This document shows positions 10,043-25,334 of a DNA stretch of 64,000 bases, in pieces. Source of the DNA: an uncultured Verrucomicrobiae bacterium (GTDB taxonomy: Bacteria; Verrucomicrobiota; Verrucomicrobiia; Chthoniobacterales; UBA10450); the NCBI GenBank assembly GCA_963726745.1, contig CAVSDR010000006.1:672001-736000 (forward strand). Direction: 5' to 3'. Below the pieces are notes generated by a model. That model had not been told where the DNA came from, made no database searches, and saw nothing but the letters and a program-made list of their open reading frames with translations. Each line of letters opens with the position of its first letter. Positions within the stretch are counted from its first letter, which is position 1. A program made the translations under genes and the position numbers.

Positions 10043-10684
10043 ATGAGCTCACTCGATCATCTCTTCGCCAGCAATCGCGCCTGGGCCGAGCGCATTCGGA
10101 AACAGGATCCGAATTTTTTCGCCAACCTCTCGAAGCAGCAGGCTCCGGGTTATCTCTGGATCGGCTGCTCGGATTCGCGCGTGCCCGCGAACGAAATCGT
10201 CGACCTCGCGCCGGGCGAACTTTTCGTGCATCGCAACGTGGCCAACATCGTGGTGCATACCGACCTGAATTGTCTCTCGGTGATGCAATTCGCGGTCGAT
10301 ATCCTCAAGGTCCGGCACATCATCGTCACCGGGCACTACGGCTGCAGCGGCGTGGCCGCGGCGCTCCTGCGCAAGCGCATTGGCCTGGCGGATAATTGGC
10401 TGCGCCATGTGCAGGACGTGCGCGAGAAGCATCAGGCGCGGCTGGAGAATCTGGACGATACCCGGGCCGCCTCGCACCTCTGCGAATTGAACGTGATCGA
10501 ACAGGTGGCCAACGTTTGCCAGACCACGATCGCGCGCGACGCCTGGGAGCGCGGCCAGGAACTCACGGTCCACGGCTGGATCTACGGACTCCACGACGGG
10601 CTGCTGCGCGACCTTGGGCTGAACGTTTCCGACTTCGCCGAGGCCGAGCCGGCTTATCACGAAGCGCTTGCCGCGCTCGCCTAA
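10043..10684 (+). CDS. can: Beta-class carbonic anhydrase
   Basis: WIGCSDSRVP, FVHRNVAN and GHYGC zinc ligands. Confidence 0.95.
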   Translation: MSSLDHLFASNRAWAERIRKQDPNFFANLSKQQAPGYLWIGCSDSRVPANEIVDLAPGELFVHRNVANIVVHTDLNCLSVMQFAVDILKVRHIIVTGHYGCSGVAAALLRKRIGLADNWLRHVQDVREKHQARLENLDDTRAASHLCELNVIEQVANVCQTTIARDAWERGQELTVHGWIYGLHDGLLRDLGLNVSDFAEAEPAYHEALAALA

Positions 10685-10702
10685 ACCGCAGAGAACTGCG
10701 GC

Positions 10703-10984
10703 ATGAATCACCTGCAAAAGCTCGGCCTCGCTTCCTTTTTCTTCTTCGGGCTCGGCGTTTTTGCCGGCGCCTTGCGCGTCGTCGCCGGTTGGAATCCGCA
10801 AACGCTCGTGGCCGTGGCCCTCGTCTGCTACGCAGTCGCGCTGGTCTTCGCGCTGGTGGCGTTCATGAAGTCGCGCCGCGGCCAAAGCCTCGACGGCACC
10901 ACGAAATTCCTCGCGCGCGCCCCGCTCGCGATCGTGACCCTCGGCGTGCTCGTCTTTTTCCTGCGCGCGATGGTCGGGGTCTAA
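10703..10984 (+). CDS. Small membrane protein (3 TM)
   Basis: 93-aa hydrophobic ORF starting 18 bp after can. Confidence 0.6.
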   Translation: MNHLQKLGLASFFFFGLGVFAGALRVVAGWNPQTLVAVALVCYAVALVFALVAFMKSRRGQSLDGTTKFLARAPLAIVTLGVLVFFLRAMVGV

Positions 10985-12771
10985 CGAGGCGTCGCCGGCC
11001 ACATCAGCGGGATGCAGACGCTGGCCACGCCCCAGAGGAGAAAATTAAGCAGCAAGCCGACCCGCGGGAAATCGGCGAAGCGATAACCGCCCGCGCCGTA
11101 GACGTAGGTGTTCGTCTGGTAACCGATGGGCGTGGCGAAGCAGGCGCTGGAAGCGAAGATGACCGCGACCACAAAGCCGCGGCCATCGACGTGCATCTGC
11201 TCCGCGAGCTGCAGGACGAGCGGCGTCAGCAGCGCGGCGGTGGCGTTGTTGCTCACTAGTTCCGTGATCACGACGGTGACGAAGTAAATCACCGAGACCA
11301 TGACCACCGGGCCGAAGTGCCCGAAGGCATTGATCGCGCCGCTGGCGACGAGCGCCGCCGCGCCGGTTTTCTCCACTGCCACCCCGACCGTGAGCATGCC
11401 GATGATCAGAAAAATTACCTTCCACTCGATCGCCTGGTAAGCCTCGGCGGCATCGACGCAGCGGAACAAAACCACCGCGATGGCCGCGAGGATCGCGAGC
11501 AAAACTACCGGCACTTTGAAAGTCGCGAGCGCGACCACGAGGACGATCGCGGCGATCGCGATCGGCGCGCGGGAACGCCGATACGATTGCTGTTTCGGCT
11601 CGCTCAAGCTCAGGAAATCGCGCTCCTCCATCAGGCGATGGATTCCTTCCGCCGGTCCTTGCACCAACAAAGTGTCGCCAAAAGCGAGGCGCACATTCTC
11701 GAACTTCTCGCGCAGATTATGCCCTTGCCGATGGACCGCGAGAATAAGCGCGCCGTATTTTTGCCGGAAGTTCAACTGCTGAAGGGTGCGCCCGACCATG
11801 CTCGATTGCGGGCCGATGATTCCCTCCATCAGCACCGCGGAGCGCGTCTCCACGTTCGTTAGGCCGAGCGCTTCCTGCGGCTGGAAATCGATCCCCGCCG
11901 TTTCCTGGATGCCTTTGACCCCGGCGGTGATCGTCTTCAAGAGCAGCTGGTCGCCCTTCTCGAAAATGAGTTCGTTCAACGGCGTGCGCAGACGCGCGCC
12001 GTGGCGCAGGACTTCGATGATCCGGACCTCGCGCATCTTCGCCAGCGGCGTTTCCGCGAGCTTGTGACCGACCAGCGGCGAGTCCTGCGTGATCACCGCC
12101 TGGGTGAGGAATTCCTTGATCTCGCTCGGGTTGATCATCGAGGAGAGGGTCTCGCGTTGCGGGAGCAAGAGGCGGCCAATCGTGAGCAGGTAGGCGATGC
12201 CGACGACGGCGTAGATCACGCCCAGTTTCGAGAACTCAAACATCCCGAAAGGCGCCATCCCGTGCCCGCGGGCGATGCCGTCGACCACGAGATTCGTCGA
12301 GGTGCCGAGGAGGGTGCAGGTGCCGCCGAGCATCGCCGCGAAAGAGAGCGGGATGAGCATGCGCGAGGCTTTCACCCCCGTGGTGCGCGAGAGGCCGAGG
12401 ACGATCGGCATGAAGACGACCACCACCGGCGTGTTGTTCACGAAAGCCGAGGCGGTCGCGACCACGAGCATGAGCGTGAGCAGGACGCGCAGCTCGGTCT
12501 TGCCCGCGACCCGCGCGAAGAGATGCCCCATGGCGTCGATCGTGCCGGTGCGCTCGAGCGCGGCGCTCAAGACAAACATGCAAGCGATCGTGATCGGCGC
12601 GTGATTGCTGAAAGCCGCGAGCACATCCGGCGTTTTGAGAATGCCGGCTAAAACCAGCAGCGCCATCGCGCTGAGCGCGATCAGGTCGGCGCTGGCCCAC
12701 TCGCGCAGGAAAGCCAGAAAAACGCCCACGACGACGAAGCCGATAACGACGAGCTGGAAGGTGGGGCTCAT
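10981..12771 (-). CDS. SLC13 family permease with TrkA-C domains
   Basis: SAFVNNTPVV, LGGTCTLLGTSTN, ELVSNNA and FATPIGYQTN motifs; two central TrkA-C-like segments. Confidence 0.92.
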   Translation of the reverse strand: MSPTFQLVVIGFVVVGVFLAFLREWASADLIALSAMALLVLAGILKTPDVLAAFSNHAPITIACMFVLSAALERTGTIDAMGHLFARVAGKTELRVLLTLMLVVATASAFVNNTPVVVVFMPIVLGLSRTTGVKASRMLIPLSFAAMLGGTCTLLGTSTNLVVDGIARGHGMAPFGMFEFSKLGVIYAVVGIAYLLTIGRLLLPQRETLSSMINPSEIKEFLTQAVITQDSPLVGHKLAETPLAKMREVRIIEVLRHGARLRTPLNELIFEKGDQLLLKTITAGVKGIQETAGIDFQPQEALGLTNVETRSAVLMEGIIGPQSSMVGRTLQQLNFRQKYGALILAVHRQGHNLREKFENVRLAFGDTLLVQGPAEGIHRLMEERDFLSLSEPKQQSYRRSRAPIAIAAIVLVVALATFKVPVVLLAILAAIAVVLFRCVDAAEAYQAIEWKVIFLIIGMLTVGVAVEKTGAAALVASGAINAFGHFGPVVMVSVIYFVTVVITELVSNNATAALLTPLVLQLAEQMHVDGRGFVVAVIFASSACFATPIGYQTNTYVYGAGGYRFADFPRVGLLLNFLLWGVASVCIPLMWPATPR

Positions 12772-12876
12772 GGCGCGTCCTACTTGCAGCGCGCGCCGCG
12801 CCGAGGTCAAGCTCGATGGCGCCGCTGCAGAATCGTGATCGCTTTTCCCGCGCAGCCACGGCAGAAACGAAAGACG

Positions 12877-13330
12877 ATGAAACTTCGCTTCCTCCTTCCG
12901 CTGGTTTTAGCCAGCACTCTCTTGGCGCAAAGCGCGCCCGACGCCGCCGAGCTGACGAAATTGCTGAAAGATTTCCTGGCCGGCGCCTCGAAGAATGATC
13001 CCGCAATGCACGAGCGTTTCTGGGCCGATGACGTGATCTACACCGGCTCCGGCGGACGCCGCCGCGGCAAGGCAGAGATCATGCAGGACGTCCGCGCGCC
13101 CGCGAAAAAAGAAGCCGGAGCCCGAGCCGACCTACACCGCCGAGGACATCCGCATCCAGCAATATGGCGACACTGCGATCGTCGCCTTCCGGCTCGTTTC
13201 CACCGCGGAAAAGGAGGGCAAACCGGAGATCAAAAATTACCTCAACACCGGCACTTTCCTGAAACGCAACGGCGAGTGGCGCGTGATCGCGTGGCAGGCC
13301 ACGGTGAAACCGGACGCGCCCGCGCCGTAG
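12877..13330 (+). CDS. Secreted NTF2-like (DUF4440-like) protein, frameshift near 13110-13125
   Basis: Signal peptide, FWADDVIYTGSGG; shifted frame gives YTAEDIRIQQYGDTAIV...FLKRNGEWRVIAWQAT, TAG at 13328-13330. Confidence 0.75.
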
Positions 13331-13331
13331 C

Positions 13332-15734
<2,403 letters not shown>

Positions 15735-15738
<4 letters not shown>

Positions 15739-16331
15739 GCGGCGGCCATTTCCCGTTTGAGCCAGAGCTTGGCCACGGCCCACTCGCGTTTCACCGTGGC
15801 CGGCGAAATCTCCAGGACTTCCGCGATTTCCGAAATGCTTAAGCCGCCGAAGAAGCGCAACTCCACGATCTGCCCCTGCCGCGGATCGAGAGCCTCGAGG
15901 TCCTGCAGCGCCGCTTGCAGCGCTTCGGCCGGGATGTTTCGCCGCTCAAAGACTTCGAGCGCGAAGTCGAGGCTCAGGCGCGGGACGTTCTGCCCGCGCT
16001 TGGCGGTGCCACGGGCTTCTGCGTGGCGAATGAGAATGCGGCGCATGATGCGCGCGGAGATGGCAAGGAGGTGGGCCCGGTTTTGCCAACTGGGCGTGCG
16101 TTGATCGACCAGGCGGAGGTAGGCCTCGTGCACCAGCGCGGTGGGTTGCAACGTGTGATCGGACCGTTCCCGCTGCAGGTAGCTCGCGGCAAGCCGCCGC
16201 ATCTCGTCGTAAACCTCCGGGAGCAATTGCGTTAACGAAACGCCTCCCTCGCGGAAGAATGTCCGGGTCGCTTCCGGCAGCAAGGCCAGCAACTCCTCGA
16301 CCTCGGCGGACTGACCTTGAACCCCTGACAC
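15735..16331 (-). CDS. ECF sigma factor, kinase-associated (TIGR02999-like)
   Basis: HTLQPTALVHEAYLRL, WQNRAH, VELRFFGGLS..EIAEVL.IS.ATVKREW. Confidence 0.92.
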
Positions 16332-16435
16332 CTGATAATTCTAGGCCAAGCGGAGTTGTTTCGTCATCTACGAAAAACTTCTTTGAGCCGTTTCGTCTGC
16401 ATTTCCGGCGTCTTTGGAAAAGGACCGTTCCGCTG

Positions 16436-16861
16436 GTGCGCGACTCATTCTCATTTTTCTGCCTGGTGCTCGCCGCGGCGAGCGTCTCCCAACTACCTGC
16501 GCAGGTGCCGAACGCCGTTCCCCGAAATGTCAGTGAAGTCACGGCCACCGTGCTCGCGTGCCAAACGTGGCCGGCCGGCGCTTTTGCCAAGGCGCGCCCA
16601 GTTTTGCCACCGGAGCAGATGCGCCATTCGGTGACTCTGAAAATTTTAGCCAGCAAACTGGCGCCCGAAGGCAGCAACAGCCACGCAACCGTGGGGCAAA
16701 CGATCGAGGCCTTCACTGCCAGCGACCTCGGCGGCCTCACGCCGGGCCAGAAGATTTCCGCGACCGTCGTCCTCGTGGGCGACGAGCGCGAAGTGCGCTG
16801 GTCGCTGCGCGAATTTCAACCCCTCCCTCAATCAAAATCATCAAGCAACGCCCCACTTTGA
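16436..16861 (+). CDS. Small secreted hypothetical protein
   Basis: Signal-like N-terminus from GTG 16436; its TGA overlaps the TTG start of the next gene. Confidence 0.55.
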   Translation: MRDSFSFFCLVLAAASVSQLPAQVPNAVPRNVSEVTATVLACQTWPAGAFAKARPVLPPEQMRHSVTLKILASKLAPEGSNSHATVGQTIEAFTASDLGGLTPGQKISATVVLVGDEREVRWSLREFQPLPQSKSSSNAPL

Positions 16862-19800
16862 AACCCCGCACCCATCTCCTTCTCTCCGTGCTGACCGCCC
16901 TCGCTTTTTTGCCGCTGGCCCACGGCCAAACTCAAGCGCGGGCGCAGAAAACTTTCGCGCAAACCGAGGCCGAAAGAGCCGCGGAATTCCCCGCCATGAG
17001 CAAGCGCAAGCCCTACCAGCGCGAGGCCTGGAGCTTCCAGCAGCGCGCCTTCCCTACCGGTTTAATCCCGACCGGCGCGCTGGAAACCGCCGTGAAACAG
17101 ATCGAGGCCCAACAGGCTTCGCGCGCCGCCGTCGAAACCGACGCAGCCGCGATCGAAGGCGGCCGCCTGACCAACTGGGTCAATCTCGGCCCGAGCCCAA
17201 TCACCAACGGCCAAACCTCGCCTTCGCAGGCGGTCACTGGTCGCATCACCTCGATCGCGATCGATCCCGCGAATGGCAACCGCTGGCTGGTCGGCGCGGC
17301 GCAGGGCGGCGTGTGGGTGACGGAGGATGCGGGCGCCAACTGGTCGGCTAAAACCGACGGTATGCCCTCGCTCGCGATCGGCGCGATTGCTTTCGCCCCG
17401 GGCAGCCCGAACACGGTCTATGCAGGCACGGGTGAATCGGTCGGCTCGGATTCCTACGGTGGCATGGGTCTGCTGAAGTCGACCGATGGCGGCAATACCT
17501 GGATGCAGGTGTCGGAGTCGCTGCCGAACCCGTTTTCGACCCCGAAACTTGAAGGCGTTTCCGTGAGCGAACTGCGGGTCGATCCAGCCAATGCCAATAA
17601 CATTGTCGCCACGACTACGCAGGGTGCCTATGGGCGCAGCAACGGCGGAGCGCCAACCGTCGGCTCACGCGGCGTGCTCCGGTCGACCGATGGTGGAGAG
17701 ACCTGGCAGCGCACGCTTCCGGCGACCAATTCCCAGGATGCGAGCGACATCGAAGTCGACGGGTCAAATTTCAACAATCAGTTCGCCGCGATCAGCCACA
17801 ATTTCGGCACCACCTCCAACGGCGTCTATCGCTCGAGCGACGGCGGCCAGACCTGGGCACTCATCGACGGCCCGTGGACGAACACGACTAATTTTCCAGG
17901 CGGCATCGGGCGGATCGAGCTGGCCATTTCGCCGGCCGACCCAAACGTTCTTTATGTAAGCATCCAGGACCGGACCGACAAGGTCGGCAGCGATGGCAAC
18001 CTGCTCGGTATCTGGCGCACGGCCGACGCCCTCGCGGCCACGCCCACCTGGTCGCAGCTTCCCTCTCCTAGCGCCAGTCTGATGGCTAATCTTTGGTACA
18101 ACCAGCAACTGCTGGTCGACCCGACGGACTCGCGCCTGCTTTACTTCGGCACGAGCAATTTCCTGCGCTACGACGGCCGGCCGGGAGCCAATCCCGTCTG
18201 GAAAAATCTTCAGCGCAACCTGCACACCGACCAGCACGCGATGGCCTTTAGCGGCCAGAACCGCCTCGTGATTGGCAACGACGGGGGCGTGTATCGACGC
18301 GACGACCATGGGGCGACCACGGCCAACTGGGTCAACTGCAATACCAACCTCAGCACGGTGCAAATTTATGAAGGAGTCGCCCACCCGACCGAGCGCGATT
18401 TCCTCATTGCCGGCGCGCAAGACAACGGCACCTCGTATTATGCGGGCGCCCAGATGTGGGAGCGGGTCGGTTTTGGCGACGGAGCCGACGCGATCATTTC
18501 CTCGCAGCAGAGCTACGCGATCTCTTCGCAGGGGTTAACGATCCTACGGACGTCGAACGGCGGAGCGTCCTTCATCCAGGCGGATGTCGGCATCACCGAC
18601 AATGAAGATGATGGCGACGACGCGAACCGTGCGCCCTTCATCGCGCGGATCACGCGCCATCCGGCCAATGCCAACATCGTCCTGGCGGGCACGGATAACC
18701 TCTGGCGCTCAAACAATTTCTTCTCCGGCGCCACCCCTACCTGGGCGATCAACAGCCCCGACATGACCAGCAACGGAGAGGTCGCGCGGATCAGCGCGAT
18801 CGCCTTTGCCGGGAGCGACACCACGGCCAACACCTATGCCTTCGCGACCGCCTTTGGTCAGCTACGCCTGACGACGGACGGCGGCGCCACCTGGCGGAAT
18901 CTCGACGCCTCCGACGTGGTCCCACAGCGCTACGTGACCAACATGGTTTTCGACCCGACGAACGCGAACATCCTCTACGTCACGCTGTCGGGTTTCGACT
19001 CGAACACGCCCGGAAAGCCCGGCCACGTTTTCCGCACCAAGAATGCCCTCGCCGCCACGCCTACCTGGGACAACCTCACGCCGGCCATCGACGTCCCGCA
19101 CAACGCCATCACGATCGATCCGAACTTCCCGCAAATCATCTATGTAGGCACCGATCTCGGCCTCTGGGAGATCATCACCTCGGAGACGGAGCCGACCATT
19201 TTCACTCACATGGGACCCGAACAGGGGATGCCGAACGTGGCCGTCTTCGACCTCGACTTCCAAGGCGGTTGGAATCGCCGGATTACCGCCTTCACCCACG
19301 GACGCGGCGCCTTCATTGCCGATGTCCACCCGCGGAACGAATTCAAGGTCGACGCACGCCTCTTGCCCACGGCCAGCGGGCGGATCGCCAATACCAACAT
19401 CAACGCCGGGGTGGAAACAGGGGAGCCGGACCACTTCACGGCCACGCCGGAAAAGGGCGCGCACTCGGTTTGGTTTCGTTGGATCGCGCCCTTCGACGGG
19501 CAGGCGACCTTCGACACCATCGGCAGTTTTTTCGATACCGATCTCGCTGTCTATACCGGCGGCAATAACTGGAACGGCCTCGCCCTCCCTGCACTCACGA
19601 GCGACAACAACAGCGGCGGCAACGGCACCAGCCGGGTGGTTTTCCAGGCGACCGCGGGCACGGAATATTTCATCGCCCTCAATGGCTCCAGCCGGGACGA
19701 CGTGGGCCACTACGCGCTCTCCTGGTCGATCGTGGACAACGCGCCTCCGGGATTGGCCGTGACCTGGCCAACGCATGAAGGCGCAGTGCAGGCGTTGACC

Positions 19801-22800
19801 AACATCAGCGGGACCGCGCACGACTCCGGCGGCATCCAGGGGAACAAGGTCACCTTCACGCTTTACCATGCGGGCACGGGACAATTCTGGACGGGCAGCG
19901 ATTGGACCTCGACCCTGACCGCGCTCGACGCGCCGGTGACCGCGAGCGGCACCTGGACTTACACGAACCTGCCCACCGGTTCCAAGGTGCGCTCCGGGCA
20001 ATTCTTCATCAGCGCCAGCATGCGCGACACCGCGGGGAATCTCTCGCAAGCACTGCCCGGGGTAAACCAGACCTCGTTTACCCTCGATGCGAATCCGCCG
20101 AATGTGGCCATTACCTCACCGGCCAACGGCAGCAACATTTCGCAGCAGATCTTTCCCTTCACGGGAACCGCCAGCGACAGCGGCGGCATTGCGCGCGTGC
20201 TCCTCTTCATCCGTCGCAATGCGGACAACAAGTATTGGAACGGCAGCAGTTGGGTCGTGGATCCACTGCAAGCCAACCTGAGTTCCTCTTTCGACAGTTC
20301 CGCCGGCACCTGGTCCTGCAGCGCGAGCCGTCCCCTGCCGGGCTCGAACGCCTCGATCAACATGGTCAACGGAAGCTACAACTTCATCGCCATCGCCTTC
20401 GACAAGGCCGGGAACCAAACCCAGACAGACGCGCAGTTCACCCTCGAATACTATCGCTCGCTCGTCTGGAGCGGTCGTCGCAGCAGCGATTGGAACGACC
20501 CGGCAAACTGGGACTCGAGCGACATCGGCGCCGGCACCATCGTGCCCGACGAGAACGCCATCGTGCGGATCAACAACGGGCAGACGGTCGTCTCCTCTGG
20601 CAGCCGCACGGTGCGACAGTTACACCTCGGCTCGGGGCACCTGTATTTCCCCACCGCGGGCGACCAGCGACTCACGACGACGCACCAGTCCACTTGGGAG
20701 GGCGGCACCTTCACCGGCATCTGGCAAAACAATGCCGGCGCGACCATTAACGTAAGCGGTGCGGGCACGAAATATCTCAATGACGGCAGTGTGCTGGATA
20801 ATTTCGGCACCGTGAACTGGGCCGGCCCCGGCACCATCCAGGGACGCGGAAACTGCGCTTGGAATAACAAGCCCGAGAGTTATTTCGTGGCGGCCGACGA
20901 TGGCGACCTCTTCTCGCAATACAACGGCAACAACCGCTTCAACAACGAAGCGGGCGCACATTTCTTCAAGTTGCTCGGCGCGGCCAATTCCTCCTCCTAC
21001 ATCGACGAGTGGACCTTTAATAACGCCGGCAAAATCGAGTGCGGCGAGGGCACGATCCATTTCAATACCATCCTCAATCTCGCCCCTGGCACCGAGTTCG
21101 CCGGCGACGGACGTTTACTCCTGCAAGGCACGACGAACCTGGGCGCAGAAGTCGTCTCAACCGGTCACCCGGAACTTATCGGTTCCCTGATCGGCACGAC
21201 ATCCGAGGCCGGCTTTCGCGGCACGCAGCCATTCGTTTGGAGCAATGGCGCGATCAGTGGCTCCTTCACCCTCGCGCCAGGCAGCGTCCTCGACCTTACG
21301 ACCACAGCGACCAAGACCCTGGGCGGTGGTTCCGTCTTTACAAACCATGGGCATTTCCGCTGGCGCGATGGCGGACTCCTACGGGGTTACGACACGAGCA
21401 CGTTTAACAACGAGTCCGACGCCACCTTTGAAATCACGACCGATGGCGACGTCTTCGCGCAATACAACGGCAACAACAACTTCAACAACAAAGCTGGCGC
21501 ACTCCTCGTCAAGAGCGGACGGACCGCCGATCCCGACGGCAGTTCCTATGTCGATGAATGGACCGTGAACAACAACGGCACCATCCGCTCCGACACCGGC
21601 ACGCTGCGTTTCCACACGATCCTGAACCTCAACGCTGGTGGCGTGATCTCGCGCCTCGGAGCACTCAGCGCGCGGGTGCGTTCGACCTATTACTTCGTGC
21701 TCACCGGCACGACTACGGTCGCTAACACCACTTTCGAAGCCGGCGGCGACTGGCATGGCAATCTGACCGCGGGCACCGCCGGTAACGGCACCATCGCCAC
21801 GACTGGCAATGGCGTCTTCGAGTGGACCGCGGGCACCGCGCACAACACGGTCAACCTGGCCGCGAACAGCACCTTTGTGATCGCGGGCGACGCCACGAAG
21901 CAGATCGGCGGCGGCGGGCGTAATCAATAATTTCGGCAGCACCACCCTCTCAGGCGAAGGGTCGCTGCGCGGTTACGATACCTCCACCTTCCGCAACTAC
22001 GGCCTCTTCACCGCGACTTCCGATGCCGATTTCACCTACTACAACGGCAACAACCATTTCGTGAATCTCGCGGGCGCCACCTTCCAGAAAACCGGCGGCA
22101 CCGAGAACAATCGCTTCGATTGGGCCTTCGATAATGCAGGCAGCGTCCTCTGCTCCAGCGGCGCGATCACCTTTAACGAAGGCGGCCTTTCCAGCGGCAG
22201 CTTCGCGCCTTCGGGCAGCGGACTGGTGCAGTTCACCAACGGCACCCACGATCTGATCACCGGCGCGACCTTCGGCGGCACCGGCAAGCTCCAGGTCTAC
22301 GGTGGACTCGTTCGCGGAGTGAATCCGGTCACCTGGAATACCAGCGCCGGCCTGCTCGAACTCATCGGCGGCACAGTCACGAGCGCCCCGAGTGGCTCGG
22401 TCAACGTCCAGGGCAATATCACTTGGACTGGCGGCGCTATTGCCGGCACTTTCAACGTCCAGCCAGGCAGCAATTTCCTCATTACCGGCAGCGCCGGGCG
22501 CGACCTCGGGTCCGGCGGCGTGATCAATAATTCCGGCAACGCGATCTGGACCGGCCCAGCCGCCATCCGCGGCTACGACACCACTCGGTGGAACAACAAA
22601 TCTGGCAGCATCTTCACCATGGCGGCCGATGGCGACGTCTTCAGCCAATACAACGGCAACAACATCTTCACCAACGAAGCCGGCGCGACCTTCATCAAGA
22701 GCGTGGGCGGCAGCGCCACCGATGCCTGGAGTTACATCGATGAATGGACCTTCAATAATGCGGGGACCATCAGCAGCCAGCAGGGCACCTTGCACTTCAA

Positions 22801-25123
22801 CACCATCCTGAACCTCAATCCGGGCTCGGCCCTGGCCGGTGCCGGGCGCGTCCTGCTCAATGGCACTACCAACCTCAGCACCCAGCTCACCTCCAGCGGC
22901 CATCTGGAATTAGTCAGCACCTTGAATGGGACGAACCCGGACGCGGGCTACACCGGGACGCACCCGATGGTCTGGAGTTCTGGCGTGATCAATGGCCAAT
23001 TCCGACTCGCGGCCGGGAGCGTGGTGGAACTCACGAGCACCGCCTCAAAGTGGCTTGGGACCGGTGCCGTGTTGAACAACTTCGGCCTGGTCAACTGGCG
23101 CGATAGCGGCCTCCTCCGCGGCTACGACACGTCTACCTTCAACAACGAAGCCGGAGCCATCTTCGACCTCGTCGGCGATGGCGATGTCTTCGGCACGTAT
23201 AACGGCAACAACGTTTTCAATAACAAGGCCGGCGCGACCATCTTGAAATCCATCGGCGCCGCGACCAACGCTTCCGCTTATTTCGACGAGTGGACGATCA
23301 ATAATTCCGGCATGGTCAATGTCCTCCAGGGCACGCTGCACCTGAACACGACCTTCAACCTCAACGCCGGCTCGCAATTCGCCGGCGCCGGCAAGCTCCT
23401 CCTCGACGGCACCACCAACCTCAACGCCGCCCTGGTTTCGACTGCCAACCAGGAATTAGTCGGCATCCTGAACGCGACCACACCCGGCTCCTCCTTCACC
23501 GGCAGCCGGCCGCTTGTCTGGAGTAACGGCTGGATCACCGGCACCTTCCGGCTCGAGAGCGGCAGCGTTTGCGACCTCGCGACTTCGGCGACCAAAAGCC
23601 TCGGCGGAGGCAGCGTCTTCACGAACAAGGGGCGCGTAAACTGGCGCGATGGCGGGCCGCTTCGCGGCTACGATACCTCCACCTTCAACAACGAGGCCGG
23701 CGGGGTCTTCAACGCCGTCACTGACGGCGACATCTTCAGCCAATACAACGGCAACAATGTCTTCCAGAACAAAGCCGGCGCGCTCTTCCTCAAGAGCGGC
23801 CGTAGCGCCGATGCCGCCGGCGTCTCCTGGGTCGACGAATGGAGATTCAACAATTACGGCACCATCCAGTCCGATGACGGCACGCTGCAATTCCACACCG
23901 CGCTCTGGCTTTACCCGGACGGCTTGATCGCGCACAGCGGCACGCTGCCGGCGCTCGTGCGGAGCAGCTATTATTTAGTGCTCACCGGCACCACGACGGT
24001 GCGCAACATCCGCCTGCTGACCGCCGACTGGCACGGCAACCTCGAAGCGGGCACCGCTGGCAATGGCACCATCGCGACTGACCAAGGGGGTGTCTTCGAG
24101 TGGAGCGGCGGCACGGCGCATAACACCGTCAATCTCGCGCCCGGCTCCAACTTCCAGCTCACCGGCGGATTCAAGCAGATCGGTGGTGGCGGACACATTC
24201 AGAATGCCGGCACCGCTACCTGGACCAGCGGGGAACTGCGCGGCTACGACACGTCCACCTTTACTAATCTCCCCACTGCGACCTTCGTCGCCGCGGCCGA
24301 TGCCGCTTTCACCAACTACAACGGAAATAACACCTTTCGGAACGCTGGACGCCTGGTCCTCAGCGCGCCCGCAGGGATCACGCGGATCGATTGGAACTAC
24401 CAGCAAACTGCCACGGGCCGTTTGGACTTCGATCTGGCAGGGACCGCGCCCGGGCAATTCGATCAGCTTCAGCTCGGCGGCTTCGCGGACTTAGCCGGCA
24501 ACATCGGCGTCAGCCTGGTCGGAAATTACACCCCGGTGCCGAACAGCGCCTTCCCCGTGATCACCTTCCCGAGCCGAACCGGCACGCTCACGCCGATCCT
24601 TAGCCTCGGCGATTTCGTGACACACAATTACCAGTCGAACAGCCTCATCCTCGTGGCGAAGGATTACCCGCAGGAGAACGTCGCCTGGAAGCAATACCAT
24701 TTCGGCGATCCTAATTCGCCGGCGGCCCAGCCCTTGGCCAACCCCAGCGGCGACGGCGTGCCGAATTTGCTCAAGTATGCGCTCGGGCAAAACCCAAATA
24801 ACGGCGGCAGCTTTGGCCTTGGCCTCGGCAGCGTGGCCCAGGCCGAAGGCTATCCGTCGCTGACGGTGGAACAAGGCGGCCAGCGCTACCTTGCCTTCGC
24901 CTTCACTCGGCCGGCGGGCGCGGCCGTCCTCACCGACGTCGGCTACTCCGCGGAGCGCGCTTCCTCGGTGAGTTTGCGCGACTGGGCCGCGGCCGACACC
25001 GTGATCCACAGCATCACCCCCGGGCCCGGGCCGGATCGTGAGACCGTGATCATGCGTTCGACCCATCCGATGAGCGCAGCCAGCCGGGAATTCCTGCGGC
25101 TCCGGGTTAATCTCCTGCCGTAG
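16858..25123 (+). CDS. ~2750-aa exoprotein: BNR/Asp-box propeller, Ig-like domains, beta-helix-like repeats; frameshift near 21917
   Basis: Signal peptide; repeated S/T.DGG.TW boxes; ORFs 16558..21930 and 22061..25123 join if one G is removed at GGCGGGCGTAATC. Confidence 0.8.
20920..24331 (+). repeat. Seven ~180-200-aa intragenic repeats marked by YNGNN
   Basis: YNGNN at about 20920, 21463, 22040, 22649, 23198, 23744 and 24317, with recurring RGYDT and DEWT..N motifs. Confidence 0.85.
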
Positions 25124-25275
25124 CCACGAAAATAATTGAAATTTTGTGACCCAATCCGGCCAGAAATAACGCGTGATCAGACGACGGTCGGAAGAGGTCA
25201 GGGCGCCGCTTTATTAAGGCTAACCCCGTCCGCTGTTTTACGAGAAAAAGCGTCAATACTTTATACCGAAATACC

Positions 25276-25303
25276 TTGCTAAATCATCGGCAGTTTGTAA
25301 CCT
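25276..25303 (+). promoter_or_regulatory. Putative sigma70 promoter
   Basis: TTGCTA-N16-TAACCT in an AT-rich intergenic region, 31 bp before ATG 25335. Confidence 0.35.
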
Positions 25304-25334
25304 CTGCACCTCGTCCGGACTTCCGCATATCGTT

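Noticed and set aside
21900..21930. Programmed or phase-variable frameshift in the giant exoprotein
   Set aside because: Only a short GGC/GGG run with no slippery heptamer; it matches the window-wide indel pattern.
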